64,000 nucleotides of DNA from Ranitomeya imitator. Taxonomy: Eukaryota. Within the stretch, counting starts at the first letter, position 1. Every line of letters begins with the position of its first letter. Under the pieces are notes generated by a model, which worked only from the letters and a program-made list of their open reading frames with translations, did no database searches and had not been told where the DNA came from. The DNA is taken from NCBI RefSeq assembly GCF_032444005.1, contig NC_091288.1, positions 221,278,001 to 221,342,000 on the forward strand. Direction: 5' to 3'. A program made the translations under genes and the position numbers. Shown here in pieces: positions 11,201-23,163 of this stretch.

Positions 11201-14200
11201 AGGGGGCCCTGCAGCACAGAGGATGTCAGGAGAGGGGGCCCTGCAGCACAGAGGATGTCGGGAGAGGGGGCCCTGCAGCACAGAGGATGTCAGGAGAGGA
11301 GGAGGCCCTGCAGCACAGAGGATGTCAGGAGAGGAGGAGGCCCTGCAGCACAGAGGATGTAAGCGGAGGGGGCCCTGCAGCACAGAGGATGTAAGCGGAG
11401 GGGGCCCTGCAGCACAGAGGATGTAAGCGGAGGGGGCCCTGCAGCACAGAGGATGTCAGGAGAGGGGGCCCTGCAGCACAGAGGATGTAAGCGGAGGGGG
11501 CCCTGCAGCACAGAGGATGTCAGGAGAGGAGGGGGCCCTGCAGCACAGAGGATGTCAGGAGAGGAGGGGGCCCTGCAGCACAGAGGATGTCAGGAGAGGG
11601 GGCCCTGCAGCACAGAGGATGTCAGGAGAGGAGGAGGCCCTGCAGCACAGAGGATGTCAGGAGAGGGGGCCCTGCAGCACAGAGGATGTCAGGAGAGGAG
11701 GGGACTCTGCAGCACAGAGGATGTCAGGAGAGGGGGCCCTGCAGCACAGAGGATGTCAGGAGAGGGGGCCCTGCAGCACAGAGGATGTCAGGAGAGGGGG
11801 CCCTGCAGCACAGAGGATGTCAGGAGAGGAGGGGACTCTGCAGCACAGAGGATGTCAGGAGAGGAGGGGGCCCTGCAGCACAGAGGATGTCAGGAGAGGA
11901 GGAGGCCCTGCAGCACAGAGGATGTCAGGAGAGGAGGAGGCCCTGCAGCACAGAGGATGTCAGGAGAGGAGGGGGCCCTGCAGCACAGAGGATGTCAGGA
12001 GAGGAGGAGGCCCTGCAGCACAGAGGATGTCAGGAGAGGAGGGGGCCCTGCAGCACAGAGGATGTCAGGAGAGGGGGCCCTGCAGCACAGAGGATGTCAG
12101 GAGAGGAGGGGGCCCTGCAGCACAGAGGATGTCAGGAGAGGAGGAGGCCCTGCAGCACAGAGGATGTCAGGAGAGGAGGGGGCCCTGCAGCACAGAGGAT
12201 GTCAGGAGAGGAGGAGGCCCTGCAGCACAGAGGATGTCAGGAGAGGAGGGGGCCCTGCAGCACAGAGGATGTCAGGAGAGGAGGGGACTCTGCAGCACAG
12301 AGGATGTCAGGAGAGGAGGAGGCCCTGCAGCACAGAGGATGTCAGGAGAGGAGGGGGCCCTGCAGCACAGAGGATGTCAGGAGAGGAGGAGGCCCTGCAG
12401 CACAGAGGATGTCAGGAGAGGAGGGGGCCCTGCAGCATAGAGGATGTCAGGAGAGGAGGAGGCCCTGCAGCACAGAGGATGTCAGGAGAGGAGGAGGCCC
12501 TGCAGCACAGAGGATGTCAGGAGAGGAGGGGGCCCTGCAGCATAGAGGATGTCAGGAGAGGAGGAGGCCCTGCAGCACAGAGGATGTCAGGAGAGGAGGG
12601 GGCCCTGCAGCACAGAGGATGTCAGGAGAGGAGGAGGCCCTGCAGCACAGAGGATGTCAGGAGAGGAGGGGGCCCTGCAGCACAGAGGATGTCAGGAGAG
12701 GAGGGGGCCCTGCAGCACAGAGGATGTCAGGAGAGGAGGGGGCCCTGCAGCACAGAGGATGTAAGCGGAGGGGGCCCTGCAGCACAGAGGATGTCAGGAG
12801 AGGGGGCCCTGCAGCACAGAGGATGTCGGGAGAGGGGGCCCTGCAGCACAGAGGATGTCAGGAGAGGAGGAGGCCCTGCAGCACAGAGGATGTCAGGAGA
12901 GGAGGAGGCCCTGCAGCACAGAGGATGTAAGCGGAGGGGGCCCTGCAGCACAGAGGATGTAAGCGGAGGGGGCCCTGCAGCACAGAGGATGTAAGCGGAG
13001 GGGGCCCTGCAGCACAGAGGATGTCAGGAGAGGGGGCCCTGCAGCACAGAGGATGTAAGCGGAGGGGGCCCTGCAGCACAGAGGATGTCAGGAGAGGAGG
13101 GGGCCCTGCAGCACAGAGGATGTCAGGAGAGGAGGGGGCCCTGCAGCACAGAGGATGTCAGGAGAGGGGGCCCTGCAGCACAGAGGATGTCAGGAGAGGA
13201 GGAGGCCCTGCAGCACAGAGGATGTCAGGAGAGGGGGCCCTGCAGCACAGAGGATGTCAGGAGAGGAGGGGACTCTGCAGCACAGAGGATGTCAGGAGAG
13301 GGGGCCCTGCAGCACAGAGGATGTCAGGAGAGGGGGCCCTGCAGCACAGAGGATGTCAGGAGAGGGGGCCCTGCAGCACAGAGGATGTCAGGAGAGGAGG
13401 GGACTCTGCAGCACAGAGGATGTCAGGAGAGGAGGGGGCCCTGCAGCACAGAGGATGTCAGGAGAGGAGGGGGCCCTGCAGCACAGAGGATGTCAGGAGA
13501 GGAGGGGGCCCTGCAGCACAGAGGATGTCAGGAGAGGAGGAGGCCCTGCAGCACAGAGGATGTCAGGAGAGGAGGAGGCCCTGCAGCACAGAGGATGTCA
13601 GGAGAGGAGGGGGCCCTGCAGCACAGAGGATGTCAGGAGAGGAGGAGGCCCTGCAGCACAGAGGATGTCAGGAGAGGAGGGGGCCCTGCAGCACAGAGGA
13701 TGTCAGGAGAGGAGGAGGCCCTGCAGCACAGAGTATGTCAGGAGAGGAGGAGGCCCTGCAGCACAGAGGATGTCAGGAGAGGAGGAGGCCCTGCAGCACA
13801 GAGGATGTCAGGAGAGGAGGGGGCCCTGCAGCACAGAGGATGTCAGGAGAGGAGGGGGCCCTGCAGCACAGAGGATGTCAGGAGAGGAGGGGACTCTGCA
13901 GCACAGAGGATGTCAGGAGAGGAGGAGGCCCTGCAGCACAGAGGATGTCAGGAGAGGAGGGGGCCCTGCAGCACAGAGGATGTCAGGAGAGGAGGAGGCC
14001 CTGCAGCACAGAGGATGTCAGGAGAGGAGGGGGCCCTGCAGCACAGAGGATGTCAGGAGAGGAGGGGACTCTGCAGCACAGAGGATGTCAGGAGAGGAGG
14101 AGGCCCTGCAGCACAGAGGATGTCAGGAGAGGAGGGGGCCCTGCAGCACAGAGGATGTCAGGAGAGGGGGCCCTGCAGCACAGAGGATGTCAGGAGAGGA

Positions 14201-16190
14201 GGGGGCCCTGCAGCACAGAGGATGTCAGGAGAGGAGGAGGCCCTGCAGCATAGAGGATGTCAGGAGAGGAGGGGGCCCTGCAGCACAGAGGATGTCAGGA
14301 GAGGAGGAGGCCCTGCAGCATAGAGGATGTCAGGAGAGGAGGAGGCCCTGCAGCATAGAGGATGTCAGGAGAGGAGGAGGCCCTGCAGCACAGAGGATGT
14401 CAGGAGAGGAGGAGGCCCTGCAGCACAGAGGATGTCAGGAGAGGAGGGGGCCCTGCAGCATAGAGGATGTCAGGAGAGGAGGAGGCCCTGCAGCACAGAG
14501 GATGTCAGGAGAGGAGGGGGCCATGCAGCACAGAGGATGTCAGGAGAGGAGGGGGCCCTGCAGCACAGAGGATGTCAGGAGAGGAGGGGGCCATGCAGCA
14601 CAGAGGATGTCAGGAGAGGAGGGGGCCCTGCAGCACAGAGGATGTCAGGAGAGGGGGCCCTGCAGCACAGAGGATGTCAGGAGAGGAGGGGGCCCTGCAG
14701 CACAGAGGATGTCAGGAGAGGAGGGGGCCATGCAGCACAGAGGATGTCAGGAGAGGAGGGGGCCCTGCAGCACAGAGGATGTCAGGAGAGGAGGAGGCCC
14801 TGCAGCACAGAGGATGTCAGGAGAGGAGGGGACTCTGCAGCACAGAGGATGTCAGGAGAGGAGGAGGCCCTGCAGCACAGAGGATGTCAGGAGAGGAGGG
14901 GGCCCTGCAGCACAGAGGATGTCAGGAGAGGAGGAGGCCCTGCAGCACAGAGGATGTCAGGAGAGGAGGGGGCCCTGCAGCACAGAGGATGTCGGGGGAG
15001 GAGGCCCTGCAGCACAGAGGATGTCAGGAGAGGAGGGGGCCCTGCAGCACAGAGGATGTCAGGAGAGGAGGAGGCCCTGCAGCACAGAGGATGTCAGGAG
15101 AGGAGGGGGCCCTGCAGCACAGAGGATGTCAGGAGAGGAGGAGGCCCTGCAGCACAGAGGATGTCAGGAGAGGAGGCCCTGCAGCACAGAGGATGTCAGG
15201 AGAGGAGGGGGCCATGCAGCACAGAGGATGTCAGGAGAGGAGGGGGCCCTGCAGCACAGAGGATGTCAGGAGAGGAGGGGGCCCTGCAGCACAGAGGATG
15301 TCAGGAGAGGAGGGGGCCCTGCAGCACAGAGGATGTCAGGAGAGGAGGGGGCCATGCAGCACAGAGGATGTCAGGAGAGGAGGGGGCCCTGCAGCACAGA
15401 GGATGTCAGGAGAGGAGGAGGCCATGCAGCACAGAGGATGTCAGGAGAGGAGGGGGCCCTGCAGCACAGAGGATGTCAGGAGAGGAGGAGGCCCTGCAGC
15501 ACAGAGGATGTCAGGAGAGGAGGGGGCCATGCAGCACAGAGGATGTCAGGAGAGGAGGGGGCCCTGCAGCACAGAGGATGTCAGGAGAGGAGGAGGCCCT
15601 GCAGCACAGAGGATGTCGGGGGAGGGGGCCCTGCAGCACAGAGGATGTTGGGGGAGGGGGCCCTGCAGCACAGAGGATGTCAGGAGAGGAGGGGGCCCTG
15701 CAGCACAGAGGATGTCAGGAGAGGAGGGGGCCCTGCAGCACAGAGGATGTTGGGGGAGGGGGCCCTGCAGCACAGAGGATGTCAGCTCTGATCTTATAGG
15801 GAGGTCTTGTACTGAGAGATACCTAGTGGAAGAAGCAAACCGTAAAAGCAGCACAGAGTGTTTGAGGCCAGTTGAGTGGTTCTGTTGGCACAATCGGCAG
15901 TTCTGTTCTCCGTGGCTCTCGCTTCTCTCATTGTCCCCATTCCCCTTTTCACATCCGGGTGAATGGGAGGACAGAGGCGAAATGTTTCATAGCAGAAGGA
16001 GCCGGGTCCCCAGCAGCACAGAGTATTTCAGGAGCTGCTTGTTGTTCCCTCTACGCTCTGCAGAGTCATCGATGGACTGGACACGTTGGATGAACTGGAG
16101 AAACTTCCGGTACATGAGAAATCCTTCCGGCCCCTGGAAGAAGTGCGAATCAAAGATGTCACCATCCACGCCAACCCGTTCGCCCTGTGA
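2270..16190 (+). CDS. PPIL3: Peptidyl-prolyl cis-trans isomerase-like 3, 161 aa; join(2270-2272,3172-3246,3321-3414,6882-6949,7223-7341,16064-16190)
   Basis: All introns GT-AG and phase-compatible; 486 nt total. Translation [161 protein letters not shown] is recognisably PPIL3 along its whole length. Confidence 0.98.
2400..3140. repeat. 34-bp C-rich minisatellite (CCCCTCACGCTCCCCTCCCGCTGCCCCCGTGGCT)n in PPIL3 intron 1
   Basis: Unit read directly; explains the three Pro-rich pseudo-ORFs. Confidence 0.95.
3172..3246 (+). CDS. PPIL3: PPIL3 coding exon 2 ([25 protein letters not shown])
   Basis: ttctctctcag| acceptor; |gtgagt donor; 75 nt. Confidence 0.97.
3321..3414 (+). CDS. PPIL3: PPIL3 coding exon 3 ([31 protein letters not shown])
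   Basis: cctcctgcag| acceptor; |gtgagg donor; 94 nt; contains catalytic HRxxxxFMxQ. Confidence 0.97.
3490..6845. repeat. ~34-bp pyrimidine-rich minisatellite (CTGTTGGCGCCCTCCTTTCTCGGTGTCGCTTGCT)n filling PPIL3 intron 3
   Basis: 31-bp founder-like units at 3490-3710, then 34-bp diverged units; the variant GTCCCTATCT recurs at a 714-bp offset (5781, 6495). Confidence 0.95.
6882..6949 (+). CDS. PPIL3: PPIL3 coding exon 4 ([23 protein letters not shown])
   Basis: ttctttttcag| acceptor; |gtgagt donor; 68 nt. Confidence 0.97.
7223..7341 (+). CDS. PPIL3: PPIL3 coding exon 5 ([39 protein letters not shown])
   Basis: tctcccgcag| acceptor; |gtaagt donor; 119 nt. Confidence 0.97.
7355..15786. repeat. 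32/35-bp purine-rich minisatellite (GCCCTGCAGCACAGAGGATGTCAGGAGAG[GAG]GRG)n filling PPIL3 intron 5
   Basis: Roughly 245 copies; 1568-bp higher-order duplication visible as identical ORFs offset by 1568. Confidence 0.97.
16064..16190 (+). CDS. PPIL3: PPIL3 terminal coding exon ([15 protein letters not shown]...HANPFAL*)
   Basis: ctctgcag| acceptor; TGA at 16188-16190; candidate ATTAAA poly(A) signal 16353-16358. Confidence 0.97.
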
Positions 16191-16443
16191 CCCGCACCAG
16201 TGACCTATCATCTGTATCAGATGCTGCATGGTGCACAACAGCGGTGCAGAGTGTTTAAGGTGCTTGGACTGTTGCACATGCTTAGTACAGACATCAGGTG
16301 CCGTTGTTCGTGTGTGTATATATATATATATATTTTTTTTTTTTTCTGAAAAATTAAAACGAATTTTCTTGTATAAAATCTCTCACGTTCTGGATCTGAG
16401 TCTTAAACTCCATCAGAGCCCTAACTCTGGAATTGGAGACCCT

Positions 16444-17340
16444 CTGTAAAGTCTCATACTTCAAGATAAATTCGCAAAAGTCCAAAGTACTAACGTTTAT
16501 GATAAATGAGGCCGAGATTGGTGATTTGATGGAGCAAACGGATTTTGCGCTGGAAGGGAAAGAAATAGTCTATCTGGGCATCACTTTTATCTACTATCGA
16601 TGCCAATCTGGACATTACAAAAATGATCTGTCGACTTTTCTAATCTTGGGCGCTCAGATCTCTCCTTATTAGGCAAAATACCGGCAGTAAAATCCTTTAT
16701 CCTACCTAAAATCCTTCACATATTTAGGACCCTCCTAATAGTTTTTCCTTCTCGGTTTATCTCTAAAATTCGAGGCATGATCAACTCGTTTGTTTGGAGT
16801 GGAGAAAGGGCTCGAGTGGCGGTCGACCTTTTGTACAAACGTAAATGTAACGGAGGTTTTGGTTTACCAACTATATATGCTTATTACCTGGCATCCCTGG
16901 TTAAACAAAGTTGGCGTTGGTTCCACGAGCGCTCGCACCCTGCGTGGTTTATCCTAGAATCTATGCGAGAAACGTTCTTCAATTTCTTAATCTAAACAGC
17001 TAATTTTTCAAGCTCTAATTTCTGCCTGGAACATACTCATTAAACCTACTAAAAACTCCGTTAGAGTTGAACAAATTCACAAACTTCCTCTACCTTTGCT
17101 CGCTTCTATGTATCATTTTTCATTACCCGATATTTGGATCAAGTCAAGGATCAAAAAAATCCCTCCCTCCGAGTTGGTGTTAATAATCGTAAAATAATGA
17201 ATGTTGAAATCCCTTTCTTTGCTTTTGTGTAACACAAATAACAAATATTTGGAGTCTAAAAAAATCTCTATAACTATGTCAGCAAAGATGTCACCAGTCT
17301 TAGGAATATATACATGAAAGGTGGGAGGCTGCCCTCAATA
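16444..17340 (+). mobile_element. Degenerate L1-clade LINE ORF2 fragment (RT C-terminal region), possibly extending to a tail near 18028
   Basis: Frameshifted peptides KVSYFKINSQKSK, IVYLGITF, LPKILHIFRTL, INSFVWSGERARVAVDLLYKRKCNGGFGLPTIYAYYLA match the typical L1 post-RT motifs (KINxxKS, YLGI, FIWxGK...GGLGLP..YYxA). Confidence 0.8.
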
Positions 17341-18028
17341 TCACCCGTCAGACTGATCAGTGCCACCTGTGCCTCTAATGCCGCAGTCACGGTGGTGCTA
17401 TACCCCTATTAGACGGGCACATAGAAGTCTCGATCAGTCACCATTATGTCGGAGGGACGGCAGGGCGACCGTTGCCACATATGTTGAGGGTGCTGTAAAG
17501 TGAACTCACCGTGGACGCACGTTTCACAACATATAATCTCTTTTTCCAATAATAGCCTTTTTGATAACCCCTCTCTGTTGACATGGAGCACGTGGATTCT
17601 TCCATCAAATATATCCTCATCCACATTTTTTTAGTAGTATAGAATACCCTAGGTTATTGGTGGAAAAAACCTGAACTTACAGATATATTAGGTAAACTTT
17701 ATCTACACGGCTCCTTAGTGGAGCTTTGCTGTTGGTATAAATCTAATAGGGAATGTGAGCTATAGAATGTAACATTTCACAGTTCTTGAGTCATCTGTAA
17801 GACGTGTGGATGAACTCACCAGTAAATGTTCTAATGTTTTCTCTTTTGTTTCCGTCTTCTGTTAACCACAGTTAAGTAATGTATCTGATCAGAGATACAG
17901 TGTCATGTTCTAACTTTGCTACTCTGACAATCTGAGATATTCTGTCCGAGTTCTCTAAATTTATTGACTCCCTCCCCTTCCCTACCCGATTGATAAAATT
18001 AAAAGATTCACTAAAAATCATTTCAAAA

Positions 18029-21000
18029 GGACTGTGCTATATATGGGGCAGCACGGGGGCTCAGGACTGTACTATATACGGGGCAGCACGGGGGCTCAGG
18101 ACTGTACTATATATGGGGCAGCACGGGGGCTCAGGACTGTACTATATACGGGGCAGCACGGGGGCTCAGGACTGTACTATATACGGGGCAGCACGGGGGC
18201 TCAGGACTGTACTATATACGGGGCAGCACGGGGGCTCAGGACTGTACTATATATGGGGCAGCACGGGGGCTCAGGACTGTACTATATACGGGGCAGCACG
18301 GGGGCTCAGGACTGTACTATATACGGGGCAGCACGGGGGCTCAGGACTGTACTATATATGGGGCAGCACGGGGGCTCAGGACTGTACTATATACGGGGCA
18401 GCACGGGGGCTCAGGACTGTACTATATACGGGGCAGCACGGAGGGCTCAGGACTGTACTATATATGGGGCAGCACGGGGGCTCAGGACTGTACTATATAT
18501 GGGGCAGCACGGGGGCTCAGGACTGTACTATATACGGGGCAGCACGGAGGGCTCAGGACTGTACTATATATGGGGCAGCACGGGGGCTCAGGACTGTACT
18601 ATATACGGGGCAGCACGGGGGCTCAGGACTGTACTATATATGGGGCAGCACGGGGGCTCAGGACTGTACTATATACGGGGCAGCACGGGGGCTCAGGACT
18701 GTACTATATACGGGGCAGCACGGGGGCTCAGGACTGTACTATATACGGGGCAGCACGGGGGCTCAGGACTGTACTACATACGGGGCAGCACGGGGGCTCA
18801 GGACTGTACTATATACGGGGCAGCACGGGGGCTCAGGACTGTACTATATATGGGGCAGCACGGGGGCTCAGGACTGTACTATATACGGGGCAGCACGGGG
18901 GCTCAGGACTGTACTATATACGGGGCAGCACGGGGGCTCAGGACTGTACTATATACGGGGCAGCACGGGGGCTCAGGACTGTACTACATACGGGGCAGCA
19001 CGGGGGCTCAGGACTGTACTATATACGGGGCAGCACGGGGGCTCAGGACTGTACTATATACGGGGCAGCACGGGGGCTCAGGACTGTACTATATACGGGG
19101 CAGCACGGGGGCTCAGGACTGTACTATATATGGGGCAGCACGGGGGCTCAGGACTGTACTATATACGGGGCAGCACGGGGGCTCAGGACTGTACTATATA
19201 CGGGGCAGCACGGGGGCTCAGGACTGTACTATATACGGGGCAGCACGGGGGCTCAGGACTGTACTATATACGGGGCAGCACGGGGGCTCAGGACTGTACT
19301 ATATATGGGGCAGCACGGGGGCTCAGGACTGTACTATATATGGGGCAGCACGGGGGCTCAGGACTACTATATATGGGGCAGCACGGGGGCTCAGGACTGT
19401 ACTATATACGGGGCAGCACGGGGGCTCAGGACTGTACTATATATGGGGCAGCACGGGGGCTCAGGACTGTACTATATATGGGGCAGCACGGGGGCTCAGG
19501 ACTGTACTATATACGGGGCAGCACGGGGGCTCAGGACTGTACTATATACGGGGCAGCACGGGGGCTCAGGACTGTACTATATACGGGGCAGCACGGGGGC
19601 TCAGGACTGTACTATATATGGGGCAGCACGGGGGCTCAGGACTGTACTATATATGGGGCAGCACGGGGGCTCAGGACTACTATATACGGGGCAGCACGGG
19701 GGCTCAGGACTGTACTATATACGGGGCAGCACGGGGGCTCAGGACTGTACTATATATGGGGCAGCACGGGGGCTCAGGACTGTACTATATATGGGGCAGC
19801 ACGGGGGGCTCAGGACTGTACTATATACGGGGCAGCACGGGGGCTCAGGACTGTACTATATACGGGGCAGCACGGGGGCTCAGGACTGTACTACATACGG
19901 GGCAGCACGGGGGCTCAGGACTGTACTATATACGGGGCAGCACGGGGGCTCAGGACTGTACTATATATGGGGCAGCACGGGGGCTCAGGACTGTACTATA
20001 TACGGGGCAGCACGGGGGCTCAGGACTGTACTATATACGGGGCAGCACGGGGGCTCAGGACTGTACTATATACGGGGCAGCACGGGGGCTCAGGACTGTA
20101 CTACATACGGGGCAGCACGGGGGCTCAGGACTGTACTATATACGGGGCAGCACGGGGGCTCAGGACTGTACTATATACGGGGCAGCACGGGGGCTCAGGA
20201 CTGTACTATATACGGGGCAGCACGGGGGCTCAGGACTGTACTATATATGGGGCAGCACGGGGGCTCAGGACTGTACTATATACGGGGCAGCACGGGGGCT
20301 CAGGACTGTACTATATACGGGGCAGCACGGGGGCTCAGGACTGTACTATATACGGGGCAGCACGGGGGCTCAGGACTGTACTATATACGGGGCAGCACGG
20401 GGGCTCAGGACTGTACTATATATGGGGCAGCACGGGGGCTCAGGACTGTACTATATATGGGGCAGCACGGGGGCTCAGGACTACTATATATGGGGCAGCA
20501 CGGGGGCTCAGGACTGTACTATATACGGGGCAGCACGGGGGCTCAGGACTGTACTATATATGGGGCAGCACGGGGGCTCAGGACTGTACTATATATGGGG
20601 CAGCACGGGGGCTCAGGACTGTACTATATACGGGGCAGCACGGGGGCTCAGGACTGTACTATATACGGGGCAGCACGGGGGCTCAGGACTGTACTATATA
20701 CGGGGCAGCACGGGGGCTCAGGACTGTACTATATATGGGGCAGCACGGGGGCTCAGGACTGTACTATATATGGGGCAGCACGGGGGCTCAGGACTACTAT
20801 ATACGGGGCAGCACGGGGGCTCAGGACTGTACTATATACGGGGCAGCACGGGGGCTCAGGACTGTACTATATACGGGGCAGCACGGGGGCTCAGGACTGT
20901 ACTATATACGGGGCAGCACGGGGGCTCAGGACTGTACTATATACGGGGCAGCACGGGGGCTCAGGACTGTACTATATACGGGGCAGCACGGGGGCTCAGG

Positions 21001-23030
21001 ACTGTACTATATACGGGGCAGCACGGGGGCTCAGGACTGTACTATATATGGGGCAGCACGGGGGCTCAGGACTGTACTATATACGGGGCAGCACGGGGGC
21101 TCAGGACTGTACTATATACGGGGCAGCACGGGGGCTCAGGACTGTACTATATATGGGGCAGCACGGGGGCTCAGGACTGTACTATATATGGGGCAGCACG
21201 GGGGCTCAGGACTGTACTATATACGGGGCAGCACGGGGGCTCAGGACTGTACTATATATGGGGCAGCACGGGGGCTCAGGACTGTACTATATACGGGGCA
21301 GCACGGGGGCTCAGGACTGTACTATATACGGGGCAGCACGGGGGCTCAGGACTGTACTACATACGGGGCAGCACGGGGGCTCAGGACTGTACTATATACG
21401 GGGCAGCACGGGGGCTCAGGACTGTACTATATACGGGGCAGCACGGGGGCTCAGGACTGTACTATATACGGGGCAGCACGGGGGCTCAGGACTGTACTAT
21501 ATACGGGGCAGCACGGGGGCTCAGGACTGTACTATATACGGGGCAGCACGGGGGCTCAGGACTGTACTATATACGGGGCAGCACGGGGGCTCAGGACTGT
21601 ACTATATACGGGGCAGCACGGGGGCTCAGGACTGTACTATATATGGGGCAGCACGGGGGCTCAGGACTGTACTATATATGGGGCAGCACGGGGGCTCAGG
21701 ACTACTATATATGGGGCAGCACGGGGGCTCAGGACTGTACTATATACGGGGCAGCACGGGGGCTCAGGACTGTACTATATATGGGGCAGCACGGGGGCTC
21801 AGGACTGTACTATATATGGGGCAGCACGGGGGCTCAGGACTGTACTATATACGGGGCAGCACGGGGGCTCAGGACTGTACTATATACGGGGCAGCACGGG
21901 GGCTCAGGACTGTACTATATACGGGGCAGCACGGGGGCTCAGGACTGTACTATATATGGGGCAGCACGGGGGCTCAGGACTGTACTATATACGGGGCAGC
22001 ACGGGGGCTCAGGACTGTACTATATACGGGGCAGCACGGGGGCTCAGGACTGTACTATATACGGGGCAGCACGGGGGCTCAGGACTGTACTATATACGGG
22101 GCAGCACGGGGGCTCAGGACTGTACTATATACGGGGCAGCACGGGGGCTCAGGACTGTACTATATACGGGGCAGCACGGGGGCTCAGGACTGTACTATAT
22201 ACGGGGCAGCACGGGGGCTCAGGACTGTACTATATACGGGGCAGCACGAGGGCTCAGGACTGTACTATATACGGGGCAGCACGGGGGCTCAGGACTGTAC
22301 TATATACGGGGCAGCACGGGGGCTCAGGACTGTACTATATACGGGGCAGCACGGGGGCTCAGGACTGTACTATATATGGGGCAGCACGGGGGCTCAGGAC
22401 TGTACTATATATGGGGCAGCACGGGGGCTCAGGACTACTATATACGGGGCAGCACGGGGGCTCAGGACTGTACTATATACGGGGCAGCACGGGGGCTCAG
22501 GACTGTACTATATACGGGGCAGCACGGGGGCTCAGGACTGTACTATATACGGGGCAGCACGGGGGCTCAGGACTGTACTATATACGGGGCAGCACGGGGG
22601 CTCAGGACTGTACTATATACGGGGCAGCACGGGGATCAGTGGTTAGCACTGTACTATATATAGGGCAGCACGGTGTCTCAGTGGTTAGCACTGTACTATA
22701 TACGGGGCAGCACGGTGTCTCAGTGGTTAGCACTGTACTATATATAGGGCAGCACGGGGCTCAGTGGTTAGCACTGTACCATATACAGGGCAGCACGGGG
22801 CTCAGTGGTTAGCACTGTACTATATATAGGGCAGCACGGGGATCAGTGGTTAGCACTGTACTATATACAGGGCAGCACGGGGCTCAGTGGTTAGCACTGT
22901 ACTATATACAGGGCAGCACGGGGCTCAGTGGTTAGCACTGTACTATATATGGGGCAGCACGGGGCTCAGTGGTTAGCACTGTACTATATGTATAGGGCAG
23001 CACGGGGGCTCAGTGGTTAGCACTGTACAA
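18029..23030. repeat. 35-bp satellite (GGACTGTACTATATACGGGGCAGCACGGGGGCTCA)n grading into 41-43-bp units containing CAGTGGTTAGCACTG
   Basis: Unit read directly; transition to the longer unit at ~22630; 1117-bp higher-order period. Confidence 0.97.
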
Positions 23031-23033
23031 TAT

Positions 23034-23163
23034 AGCATCCTGGTGGCTCAGTGGATAGCGCAGTTGCTTTTCAGCCTGGAGTCCTGGGTTCAAATCCCAC
23101 CAAGGAAACATCTGCAAGTTTGTATGTTCTCCCCATGTTTGCGTGGGTTTCCTCCGGGTTCTC
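23034..23163 (+). mobile_element. 3'-truncated tRNA-derived V-SINE
   Basis: A-box TGGCTCAGTGG, B-box GGTTCAAATCC and the start of the V domain GGGTTTCCTCCGGGTTCTC; homologous to the longer copy at 60251. Confidence 0.85.

Noticed and set aside
17409-17626. Minus-strand peptide CETC...HMW resembling an L1 zinc knuckle or Penelope GIY-YIG tail
   Set aside because: Spacing does not fit C-x2-C-x7/8-H-x4-C; too weak to call.
3327-22812. Very long ORFs (600-1592 aa) in the ORF track
   Set aside because: They are open in all three frames with perfectly periodic peptides because the 34/35-bp repeat units lack stops; they lie in PPIL3 introns or satellites.
23034-23110. tRNA gene (A and B boxes)
   Set aside because: No complete cloverleaf and it continues into the V-SINE core; the same holds at 60251.
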